A stretch of DNA of 64,000 bases from the NCBI RefSeq assembly GCF_009914755.1, contig NC_060926.1. The stretch is one strand, 5' to 3'. The stretch is from the human T2T-CHM13v2.0 reference genome, Homo sapiens. Below, piece after piece: positions 50,053 to 64,000 of the stretch; positions within the stretch are counted from its first letter, which is position 1, and each line of letters begins with the position of its first letter. A model generated the notes under the pieces. It made no database searches and was not told the DNA's origin. It was given only the letters and a program-made list of their open reading frames with translations. A program made the translations under genes and the position numbers.

Positions 50053-50898
50053 TAGACTATACCTTTTATACACTTTTTAAATAGAGAAAGTGAAAAATGA
50101 TAAACTAACCATTATAAAATAGAGGTTTGAGTCCACCTGTATTTTACAGAAATTTGCCCTCAAATGTTTGAGAGGGAAGTCACATATGATAGAAAAATAT
50201 CTTTTCAAGGGTAGAATGATATTTCCTTATAAAAGTGACAATCAAAAAAGACTCATTTGTATACTTGCCAAAGTTTAAAAGTTTTTTACATTCCTTACCC
50301 TAAACCCACTGCCCCATCCACCCAGAATTCAGAAAGGGTTTGGCATAGATCCAGGGCTCCAGGGCCCAGGTCATTTTGTTATTAGTCTAGGGCTTTTGTC
50401 CTCCACAGTCTAGGCAGGGCATCTTTGTATGTGTGTTGCTGGTTGGGGCCAGGGACGGGGGCAGGCGGGAGTTGTCCAGGTTTAAGATTGTTTGTTTTCC
50501 ATCAGATCCACAAGCAATATCTGTGGGCTGAAATCCAGGTTATACCTATTCACTATGACTTTTTTTTTTTTTAACTTTCTACTGTAATTATTTCAGTTCC
50601 CCGAAGTTGTATCTCAAATGTTGGGGAAATGCTGCCTTGACTATTTTACTTTGGAAGGTTTTACTAGATATCAGTTTAGTAGATTAATGACGTTGTTAAT
50701 CTGTCTGCTCAAAAGACACCAGCAAGGGGGTATACTTTGCTGAACTGATAAATTATTCTATTAAGGACTAACCCAGTACTTGGCAAAATTAGGAATAACT
50801 TTTCCCCTCCTTCTTTACTAATAAATTTTCCAAGTTGCATACTGTTGTTGCAAGTTTCTGTAATTTTTTTCTGTATACCTTTCTATTGTCTGAATTTA

Positions 50899-50904
50899 AA
50901 TAAA
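50899..50904 (+). terminator. Candidate distal polyadenylation signal AATAAA
   Basis: U-rich/TGTA sequence upstream and GT-rich tctgtctggcagtgtgatgctttgcttt downstream. Confidence 0.6.
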
Positions 50905-51479
50905 AATGTTTCTAATAATATCTGTCTGGCAGTGTGATGCTTTGCTTTAATAAATCTTCAGCATTTAAAGACAGAACATATGGGAACCATGTGCACATTT
51001 AAAAGCTTATAACTGGAACCCTCCCAGACTTTCCTGGAAAAAAAAGGGGGATAGCATTAAACTATTTGCCCTTCAATTTATCTTTAGTACACTGAAATTG
51101 TGCTTCGCTTATCTACATAGATGCTGTTAGCATTTAAAGCCCCATTTCCTGATATTACCTTCATTCCAGGAAACGTCTCTTACATTAGCTAAAGTTAATT
51201 TTCTGTTAGAAGATCTGAACCTAAGAAGTTGTTAGCAAATGTACTGCTTAATAGAGCACAAACTCTTTAGGATCAAAATGGGATCTCATTGCAGGAAAGG
51301 CTTTCAGAGAACTGGTCATGCTTCCCCCAAAGTCAGGAAATGTCATTAAAAGATGTTTTCTGGCTTCTGTTCTAACATGTTCAATGGTCAAGAACACACT
51401 GTCTTAAACACGGGAGCCTAGTAGGTTACTGGATGTAATTCCTGAGCAATTCTGTCAGAAGCTTATTCCTTAAGAGATA

Positions 51480-52170
51480 GCGTGGTCTGGACTTGGTACC
51501 CTCTCTTCTGAGCAATGTAATACTGGGCAAGTCAGGACTTCACTGAGCATTGCTTTCCTCATCTACAAAATGCAGATTTATTCATTCATTCATTTAAGAA
51601 AGATCGAGCACTTAGCATATGCTATTAGGTGTTGAGATACAGAGATGAGTAATAAGATGGATTGCTTTTTGAATATTGCTTACTGCAAAGTGAATGAAGT
51701 CACGTTGCTTTGTGGTGGATATCAAATGATCAAGCACACAAGGATACATTTTAGTAACTAAAGGGACCAAAAAAAGTATGGTGGATGTAGGGTTACATAA
51801 TTTTTTTCAAATCAAACAATGCCCATCTCTGCCATCCTCACATTGGTGTTGGTTTCACCCCTTTGACTTCGTTTTCCACAGTGGCACATTAGTCTACCCA
51901 GCATTTTTGAGCCCCAAAGTATTTACAATAATTACGGTAAAGCCTCAATATATGCGAATTGGGTGATGGTGTGCTCGAGGGCTTATGTGCATCATCTTAT
52001 CAAATCCATAGCTAGTATCCAGGACAGTCCAGTAAGGTGAGCCCTGGTTCCCATTTTAAAGATGGGCAAACAGCATCGTGAGGATACATAGCTTGCCTAA
52101 GATCATAACTGATGTGTGTGACAAAAGCTGGGATTTAAACACACCTGCCTGGGTCCAAACCAGTGTTGTT
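51480..52170. mobile_element. MIR and L2 relics
   Basis: ctgggcaagtca...tttcctcatctacaaaatg; attcattcattcattt; cccattttaaagatgggcaaac. Confidence 0.6.
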
Positions 52171-53440
52171 AACTACAACAACATGGCTGCTTTTCAATAC
52201 TCAGAAAACAGCACAAACTCTTAGAATAGCGATTTCCAACTTTAGTTGCAACTCTCAAGACCTCATTCCATTGTCTGCAAGTGGCTTTTCGCAGGTGTTT
52301 ATATTTATCATTAGCGCAAAATTAATTTGACTTTGCTAATTCAACAATAACTTCTCAAGTAATGGTGTTCTCAGGTTTTACAAAATGAGAACTAAGGTTG
52401 ACCATTTTCAGTGGTCTCTCCAGGTTCTTTCCTGGGGCTTTAGAAGCACATTCTGCATTTTGCTGTAGTGATTGGCAGCTCAATACTTGAAAATAGGATC
52501 TGTCACCCTCACTCCTTCCACGTCTTCCATAAAGGGCCAGTTGGGATCACTCTTGGATGATTTAACAGATTCACTTTTGCCATCCAAAGACTGGGGTTTG
52601 ACCCCTCCATATACAGCAAAACTTCATGTCCACTCAAGACATGGTATTTACAGCCAAAGAATAGTTTAATTTTATCTAGGGAATAATTAAAATCATAAAG
52701 GTCTTTTCTTTTTTAAGCCTTGAAAGGGACTTCGGGCTAGATGATCTCAAATCTCTCTCTTTATCTGATAACCGAAGGTTTAGAAATGATAAAGAGCTCA
52801 AGTTTATGCCAGTGGTTACAATTTTATTTAAGCTAAAGTAGGGGACCAGATGGAGTTAAATAAATATAGATCAGAAGTACATATTCATTAAACATTCACC
52901 ATGAGATATACATGCAAGTCACTTTTTTTTTTACTACAATAAGTTATTAGAAACCCCATCAATAAAGTGCTCAATAAATATTTATTGACTGAAGAGATTA
53001 ATTTCAATTTAGAAAAAGCTTTGGAAAGGTTAACATACTTGCAATTATTTTCTACTGTACATTAAGTACTTAATGAGTAAGAAAGAATGCTGATTGTTTT
53101 TTTTCCCTCAGGGGTTTCCAAGACAATAAATCAATCAGCTGCTGAAGTTGGAGTAATGACACATGGGCAATGTTGTCATATTAATGGCTTCCGAGAAAGC
53201 AAAAATACCTAAAACGTTCCTACAAAGCAAAGCAAAATTCCAATATGGAACACATTAGCCACAACCAAAGATTGCAAATGTCTCCACTGATCTTACAAGC
53301 ATGCAATACAGCAGGTCTCTGGAGTAGCCTCAAAGTGTCTCTGATTATCCATGGAAGCACTTTTTTCCAAAAGTGAGCCAAGCCTCTCTCCATTCCTGAT
53401 ATCCACCTCCTACCCCTAAGTAGCATCAGAAAGTTTTTAA

Positions 53441-53726
<286 letters not shown>

Positions 53727-55963
53727 AGAAAAAAAGAAAAAAAAAACAGTTTTAAAAATATTTTTTAAATTATTAATGGATTTTCACTTTTTTTTTGAGC
53801 TTGCCAAAGATTGCCTCATTGTCTTGTGACAATCATCCACCTGGGACAATGAGGTGAAGATAAGAGACTATTACAGTTTGTTACAAGGAATGCAAAGCAA
53901 ATGAACAAAATATTCAGCTTTGACACTCGAAAACCAGACTTATCCTAGCCTGGCTTGAAACTTGAAATGATTGTCTAAATTCCTTTATACTCCTTTCAAC
54001 ATACCAATAACTAGAGTTTTACTAAAAGGAGGGCTAAACTACTGAGGAATGAGGTGGAGGATGGAGTCAGGGAAGAAAGTCTTTTTCTGTCTGTCCTTGG
54101 ACAATTCCAAGAAAAAGAAGAAGAGAAAAGGGTTAGAGTGGGTTGACCAGATGTACATCCAGAATTGTTTCTTTGTAGGTGCTGGGAAGTGTCTGAGATT
54201 CTGGGAGGAGACTTCGTGCAAGGGTGCCATGGCTAATGTAGGGCAGCCAAGCTTAGGCAAGAGTGTTTGCTCAGGGTATCCTGATTCTCCTGGGGCACTC
54301 TCAGTTCCTGTGTAGTGTGGGTGCCCTTTGTGATAGGATGAGGTGACTACACAAGGGAGCGGTTCCCCAAGGGTCTTCAGCCATTAAGAGCTGAGGAGAA
54401 GCAGAGACAATGAGGGAAGCTGGTTGGTGCTCCCTGCAAGCACTCTCCAAGCAAAAAGAAAAGAAAAAAATCACCGTTTCCCCAGGTGTAGACACAGCAT
54501 GAGAGGCCAGCAGCTGTTGTGATTAGTGACTAGTACAGTGATTATCAACCAGTCGTCACCCCAGGACCAGCACAAAGCCTACCCTACCCCAATGCCATAA
54601 AGGCATGAAAACCACTCCTGTCTTCTCCCTCATACCCAGATGCCATCTTAGGGACGGAGTAGATCATACTAAGCTCTTAAACCAGTTTGGGGTTTAATGT
54701 TTTTGTCTTGCTAATCAGTGGGTATGAGCTAAGGAGGAAGGCCAGACATGTTATAGAGCAAATTGGGCATATTCTTTCCACTTCTGAGTTTTGTGAGCTA
54801 CTATTGTAGCAGCAACCCAATACACACTTACTGAAGACTAGTCTACTTCCTGCCAAGCAGCTGGAGTGTGAGGTGCTCCAGAGCTCACTACAACAGACTG
54901 GGCAACAGAAGCTAAGTGTTTTCTCTGAGGCCTTAGCTGCTATTTCCATTAAACACTGGCCCAGAGAGTCTTCCTGATGTCCCAAAGGGTGTGCAATTCT
55001 TACACAGAGTCCATGGTTTACTAACAAAATATCTCACTCAATGTCTGAAGAGGCAGTGTTGGCAATTTAGTTACTGGCATCCACTTCCAAAAAGGCAGAC
55101 ACTGAAAATTTTGTAATGCATTGCTCAAGAGGGCTTCCATACAAGTAGAAAGGCAGAGAGGGTGGCATGGGTGAGGCTGAGCAAGCATAGCTGGACGATA
55201 ATTTAGGTAGGAAATTAAAATGAGTCCCAGAGGAAAAACAGATGTGCAGGCTGAACTGGGATTTTATGTGATAAACTGAGTATAGAAAACAACTGAAACT
55301 GACATCACTGGCCCAGCTAGCAGTGGGGTGACCTCACCAAGGATTATATTCAGTTTCATAATTGCTGTAAGACTAGTTTGGAAATTTTAAGTTACTAACA
55401 TTATATCAAGTTCCTATCTATGGGATTTGTTTATCTCCTCAGTCAAATATCCTTAGTTTGAAAGATAAAATTTATCCTTCCAAAATCAAAATTATAAATA
55501 TGTATTTGTCTGGTCTATGTATGCATTTGTTGTTTAAACGTGCATGTGTGTGTTGTACTGATATACCAGCTGTACCAGGTGTACCTGATACCAGATGTAC
55601 CAGGGTTTAGTCTGGTTTTAGAATTGGTGCTAGTTGCTTTTTGGGTTCAGATAGTTAGTAAAAAAGTACCAGTTCAGTTCAGAGTTATATGCAGGAAGTC
55701 AAGAGAAACACCCTAATACTCATTATGTGAATTAAGTGTAAACCATCTCAGGAGGCTGCTAAGTCTCATAATAATGCTACAGAAGAAAAATGTTTTCCTT
55801 CTCCTTAATATATTAACACAAGTTTTCTGGGTATTACAGTCTGAGTGCTATTTTATCTAACCCTTAAAACGACCAGGACGGAGAGGGTGAGGAAGAACTG
55901 CCTGCCCAGTCCTCTTTTTCTTTTCTAATCTTCAGACTTATCTAGGTTTTTTACAATTTTTAA

Positions 55964-56311
<348 letters not shown>

Positions 56312-56459
56312 AGACACCACCGCCCGTTTTCGAATCCATTTGGCACCTCCTTCGCCTAAGAATTTGCTTTTCCAGGCGTCCCCTTTCTGTTCCGTCTCTG
56401 TACTGCACTAACTTCACCTATACACAGGTCTGTATCCTCCTGTTAAAACCACTGACCAG

Positions 56460-56855
56460 GACTGCCGCTTCTGGGTGCGATACAGTAACAGGCATTGGAT
56501 TCCTCCTCTTCCCTCAAACAACTAGAAAGCTGGAGGAAATAAACGACGTTACTGTTAGGCATTGGATAATAGGCCATGAAAGATACGGATCTATTAAAAA
56601 AAGAAAACTAATCAGGTAAGCTCTGCAATCGCCCCAGCTTTTTCCCTGTAGTTCCATTCTTGACCACAGAGCAGGGCATCCCGGGCAGAGCGCAGCTGCG
56701 CAGCAATCTTGCTAAATGGAGCAGAGGTGGAGATGAGAGGAGCAAGGGCAGCTGCGTGGGAGCACTGCCGAGGAGAGCGCTGGCAGGCACAGAACTCCAG
56801 ACGTCTATGTAAGGGTCCTCTGCAGTTTTTGTTGAATACTAAAATGTGTATTTGA
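56460..56855 (+). mobile_element. Ancient L1 (L1MC/MD-type) 5' end
   Basis: aaacaactagaaagctgga...ggcattggataatagg...ggtaagctctgcaatcgccccagcttt...actccagacgtct resembles old L1M 5' consensus as I recall it. Confidence 0.55.
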
Positions 56856-56872
56856 GCTGCCTTCCCATGCAG

Positions 56873-57090
56873 GATAAAGAGAAGGAAAGGTCCAAGCTAG
56901 TGGGAGGGGGTGCCCACCCAGCACTCCCTCGCCCTCCCTGTCCCCTGGCAGCCACGAGGAAGACAGGCAGACGATTCTGGATGACCACCTGTCCAGGGTC
57001 CTCAAGACCCCTGGCTGCCAGTCACCAGACTCAGGCCACTACCACCTCCTGCTCCTGCACTCCAGACTACCACCACCACCACCACCACCA
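56873..57090 (+). pseudogene. Degraded AXIN2-like fragment (beta-catenin-binding motif), frameshifted
   Basis: 56938-57027 translates [30 protein letters not shown], versus AXIN2 [30 protein letters not shown] (recalled). Flanks DKEKERSKL, EGVPTQHSL and PDYHHHH align in other frames. Confidence 0.88.
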
Positions 57091-57936
57091 CCATCACCAC
57101 CAACATCACCATCACCACCACCATCACACCACCACCATCACCACCACCACCATCACCACCATCACCACCACCACCACTGCCACCATCACCACCATCACCA
57201 CCACCATCACCACCATCACCACTGCCACCATCACCACCATCACCACCACCACCATCACCACCATCACCACCATCACCACTGCCACCATCACCACCATCAC
57301 CACCACCACCATCACCACCATCACCACTGCCACCATCACCACCATCACCACCACCATCACCATCACCACCACCACCACCAGCAACACCAGCAACACCACC
57401 ATCACCACCATCAGCAACACCATCACCATCACCACCACCACCACCATTACTACCATCACCACCATCACCATCACCACCACCACCACCATCACCACCAACA
57501 TCACACCATCACCACCACCACCACTGCCACCATCACCACCATCACCACCACCATCACCACCACCACTGCCACCATCACCACCATCACCACCACCATCACC
57601 ACCATCACCACTGCCACCATCACCACCATCACCACCACCATCACCATCGCACCACCATCACACCACCACCATCACCATCACCACCACCACCAGCAACACC
57701 AGCAACACCACCATCACCACCATCAGCAACACCATCACCATCACCACCACCACCACCATTACTACCATCACCACCATCACCAACATCACCACCATCACCA
57801 TCACCATTACCACCACCATCACCAACACTACCACCATCACCACCACCACCACCATCACCACCACCATCACTAACACCACCATCACCACCACCACCACCAC
57901 CATCACCAACACCACCATCACCACCACCACCACCAT
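57069..57936 (+). repeat. ~870-bp interrupted (CAC/CAT)n array, (TGG)n on the minus strand
   Basis: Read directly; contains internally duplicated blocks. Confidence 0.98.
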
Positions 57937-59765
<1,829 letters not shown>

Positions 59766-59799
59766 GCTTTGGCCATGCGTGGACCAGTCAGCTTCCGGG

Positions 59800-60400
59800 T
59801 GTGACTGGAGCAGGGTTTGTCGTCTTCTTCAGAGTCACTTTGCAGCGGTTGGTGAAGCTGCTCCTGTCCACGTACCGTTCACAGTCTACTGATGTTTAAG
59901 GATGGTCTCGGAGGTTGGGCCTGCTAGAATAAACTGAGTCTAACACGTCTATACGGTTATGTTCAACTGGGCTCTCTGATACCGGGAGCAAGGTGGTGGG
60001 GCTTAGGGTGTTGCGAACTTCAGTGGTTATGTGGGAATTTTCACATAGGTTAATCTAGCATTTGTGAACTAATGATGTCCTTTGGTAGTCATTAAAGTTA
60101 CCACAGCATGGGGGCCTTTATATTCAGGTTTTGCCTAAGGGTTAGTTTATCTGCTATTTGTGCTAACAGGGCCATTTCTGCTAGGGCCCTTAGACCTGGG
60201 GGCCAGCCTTTGGAAACCCTGTCTAGTTGTTTTGAGAGATAGGCCACTGGCCTTGGCCAGGGCCCCACAGTCTGGGTTAAAACTCTAACTGCCATTTTTT
60301 CTCTTTCTGACACATAGGGTGTAAAGGGTTTTGTCAGGTCAGGTAGCCCCTGGGCTGGGGCCGACATGAGTTTTTCTTTTAACTCATGAAAAGCTCGTTG
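59800..60400 (-). pseudogene. pol fragment (RT connection to start of RNase H, then a jump to the pol end)
   Basis: AFHELKEKLMSAPAQGLPDLTKPF...; later YVDRSSF followed by CKVTLKKTTNPAPVTPGS*. Confidence 0.8.
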
Positions 60401-61685
60401 CTGTTGGTTGTAATAGATGTAGTTTATCTAATCTACATTTTTATTAACTGTCACCTACCAAAATATTGACTCAAATCCTGCAGCTATTTGGTTTCAAGCT
60501 TTAAATTGATCTGGTATTCCTCGTAGGACTCCAATTGCATGTAAATAGACATGAGAGTCAAAAGACCTATAAGGGACTTCTCTCCCTTTACGATGTCTTA
60601 TTTTTTTTTCTTTCTGGTTGATGAAATGCCAGGGTGAAAGGGATAGTCAACTGGACTAAAATACAAGTGCCACTCCAGTTATTCGGCAGAGTGCCTACTA
60701 AAGGTCCACCACAATACTACCACACATCCGCTCGGGGGTGAACAAGGGCTGAGTGATTGATAAGCTCTTGAAAATTCTTAAGCTCACTGCATCCTTTCAG
60801 GTCTCCAAGGAACACTAAGTTTCCTACTTGTCATGAGAGACACAAAGTGAACTCAGTGTTGGGAGACGGAGGCTGGATGGCCTTCAAGGGCTGACCCACA
60901 GGGTGCCGGACTTTGGGATATAGCAGAGAGAGCTTGGCACAACTTATTACTTCAGGCTGTAGAATCCTGGAAAAGGGCTACCATGCAGCCTACACCTGGT
61001 CAACTGGATGACCACTTTAGTGGAAAGGGGACAATCTGGGCCTCTGGCCTGCCATGTGCACAAGCATAACAATTATTTTTGTTTAACATGCAGGTGGAAT
61101 ATTTGATCCCTTTTAACCAGGCATTTGCATCTTGGTGTCTTGTCTTAATTGCTAAAGTTTGTTTTAAGTCTTTAACTTCTATGATCCTCTAGTAAAATGA
61201 ATGTATGGTTTTAGGAAATTGCAAAAACCTGTTGGGGCAGTCCATCCTTGCTCTTTACTGGTCCACAGAACGTTGGACCAACTATGGCATGAAAGGTCTA
61301 CATGGGGGGGCAAGACTCCTGGTTGACACTGCGGTCTTTATAGACATCTCCCTGGATTAAATGGTCCTAGTTTACTAATGCCCAGTCTGAGGAGAGTCAG
61401 GCGGGACAGAAGTACTTTTCTGAAGTAGAAAGCTGTCTTTGACTTGGCAAGTCCCCACAAGGTATAAAAAGGCAAGCATTAAATGCAATAGTTTGAGGTG
61501 AAATTGACTTGGTTGTTAATAACTGGATGGTCAGCAATAGAACGAGGAAAGAAGGAAGAGTAATAGACTAGATAAAAAGAGTTAAATTTTTCTTAGCTTT
61601 AGTTTGTTAGGGTTTTCCCCTGGGACTATGGCCCACAACTCTGGAGGGGGTGGCGCTTTCTTGACTCGGGTGTGATGATGAGGCC

Positions 61686-61722
<37 letters not shown>

Positions 61723-61950
61723 ACGAATAGCAGTCTTGGTGGTTAGCAGCACAAGGTAGGGTCCTTCCCAGGCTGGCTCGAGTTTTTCTTCTTTCCACCT
61801 TTTGATGAGAACATGATCTTCAGGCTGGTGGTGCTGGTTTACCAGAAATTCTAGGGGTCGTACATGTGCTAAAAGACTTTTAGTTTTTGAGAGAAAGGAA
61901 AGTGAAAGATAAACCAAGTATATAATTTTTAAGAAATTGACCTTTTGTTT
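60400..61950 (-). pseudogene. HERV-I-like integrase C-terminus and env remnant
   Basis: ORF 61582..61953 has WEGPYLVLLTT; downstream AIGVLRGIPDQFKA*NQIAAGFESIFW*VTVNKNVD*INYIYYNQQ. Confidence 0.75.
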
Positions 61951-63107
61951 CAAATGTGGGGACTTTGGCAGTGGACTTTATAGTCCTTAGTGCCTTTTTA
62001 CTGAGAAATTTCCTTTAGCACCTGTTTTTATTAGTTTTTAAACCAAAAAAGCCAAATACCATTTTACATTTAACAATGCTTCTTGTATGATTTTTATATC
62101 AGATAAGCTAAATTTTATCTTTATATTAGTGTGTTATTAATATTAAATGTAATTTTAATAAAAGCTTGTAGACATATTTATCTAATTTTTAATGTTTGAC
62201 CATAAAGTAAGATTTTATAGACTCTTTTTAACCTTTTATAACTTTTGCTAAAGAGCAGGTTGGTGCTTTAAGAAAAACCTATTATGCTTTTACTTTAATG
62301 TCCAGTTCACAGAAAAACTCAATGATACTTCTTTAACTGTAGCTAATATGTTTACACACATAATTTTCTTTACAATTAATGTTTTAAAACTTGCTTAAAC
62401 TTTCAAAACAATAGTTTTTTTTTTTAACTTTTTAATGTAGGTAAGAATGTACATTCTTATGCCCCCTTATAATCCTTTTACCAAAGGTATAGTATACTTT
62501 TCTTATACACCTTGCACATAAACTGTTTTTTTTTTAAATAGTTTTACATTCAGGAGGCCTAGTTACTTTTAAATTGTACAACATTTTTTACATAAATTCT
62601 TTTTTATAACTTTTTCTCTTTCATGACTTTCACAGACAATTCTTCAACATGGCTTAACTTTCTGACTTATTACAAATATTTCTTTCTTTAAACAACCAAT
62701 TAATTTATTTCAGGACAAGAATTTACCATATAATACTCTTTTCATATAAATTCTGCCCCGCCTTTTTTTTCTTTTTTTTTTTCCTTAGGATACTTTTGAA
62801 CTGGTGAGGTGTGCTCACAATGACCTTTCCTCTAAAAGTTATTTTTTTTACTTTTTCTTTTGTTGTTGTTAACAACGCAGTTGCCGCTACAGATTGAATG
62901 CATTTGGGCCATCCGCGGGTTACTGGGTTAAGGATTTTTGATAGGAAGGCCCTTTTGGGATACGCCCTTGTTTACACTGACAACAAAGTGGCATTGGAGT
63001 GTTATAGGGTTACAGAGAATACCTTCAATTATCAATTATAGGTTTTAAATTTACCTTGGCTTTTAAAGAGATAGGGTACACCTTTTTTTTTTTTTAACTG
63101 CTTGTAT

Positions 63108-63168
63108 ATCTCTCTTTCTTTCTCTCTCTGACTTTGTCTCTCTCTCTTTGACTTTCTTTTTGACTCGG

Positions 63169-63201
<33 letters not shown>

Positions 63202-63318
63202 GCCTCTCTCTTTCTCTCTCTCTCTCCTTGACTTCCTCTTTGTCTGTCTCTTCCTCTCTGTCTCTTCCTCTTTCTCTTTGCCTCTTTTCCTCTCTGTCTC
63301 TTTCCTTTATCTCTCTCT
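63108..63318. repeat. (CT)-rich low-complexity tract within the ERV
   Basis: Read directly. Confidence 0.9.
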
Positions 63319-64000
63319 GCTGGTCTTGCCAGCTGCTTATGCTGATGTTCTTTCAACCACTGTGTGTTGGGGGCATGGGGTCTAAAACTAGCTGTAACCA
63401 AGTGTCTATGTACGGGAACTGGTCTGGGTTCCCAGGCTTACAGGTTGTCTTGTGCCATACCTTTGAAACAAGGGACTTACTTGTCCAGGCTTCCTTCTAA
63501 TGGCCAACCTACCTCTAATGCTGGCCAGTCTATCTTACACAAAGTTTTAAGTTTTCCTGGTGTCACAGTACTCCATAGTCTCTTTTAAATTCTTTTTTGA
63601 AAATTTTCAACTTAGTTCCTAGTAGGGTGGGCTTATTGGTGCCTGACCTATGCTTCTTCGAGACAAAACACCACGCTTACACCACACACACACCATAAAA
63701 CAAAGAACGGGTAAAAAGGGCACACACACACTTTTGCAGTTTGCACCAAACCAAAATCAAAACTAAAATCAGAGTATCCAGAAATCCAAGCCAGGTCAAA
63801 ACCAAAACCAAAGTATCAAGCAATCCAAATCAAGTCAATAACAAAAACCAAAGTGCCGGTACGGGCACACCGTGGGTGATCAGGCCATGCTTCCACTCAA
63901 ATGGAGTAGGCAAGTTCCTAAGACCAATCCTGTCAAGCAATTCAAACCAAGTCAAAACCAAAACCAAAGTGCCGATAAAGGCATGCCATGGGTGATCAGG

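Noticed and set aside
55561-55605. Short degenerate 9-bp repeat TACCAGNTG
   Set aside because: About four imperfect copies, consistent with local slippage; no functional evidence.
57069-57936. CRISPR-like or telomeric array
   Set aside because: No unique spacers and no TTAGGG units; it is a simple triplet repeat in mammalian DNA.

Overview
Human/primate genomic DNA, not microbial. Bases 10720-43359 (+) hold 11 coding exons of ZC3H6, a CCCH zinc-finger paralog of the Restrictor subunit ZC3H4. They splice into one open frame (3538 nt in the window; the start codon lies upstream). A long AU-rich 3' UTR probably runs to about 50.9 kb. The intron between zinc fingers 2 and 3 is a minor-spliceosome AT-AC intron, and the first exon in the window is bracketed by inverted Alus (circRNA layout). 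Introns are full of Alu, L1, L2, MIR, MLT and MER relics. The most unusual part is 56.3-64 kb: a CpG-retaining old L1 5' end, a degraded AXIN2-like fragment encoding the beta-catenin-binding motif whose His-codon run continues into an ~870-bp (CAC/CAT)n array, then directly a truncated, G-to-A hypermutated Harlequin-type chimeric ERV on the minus strand. I see no credible new protein-coding gene or novel multi-gene system. Family names and reference comparisons are from memory and were not searched.
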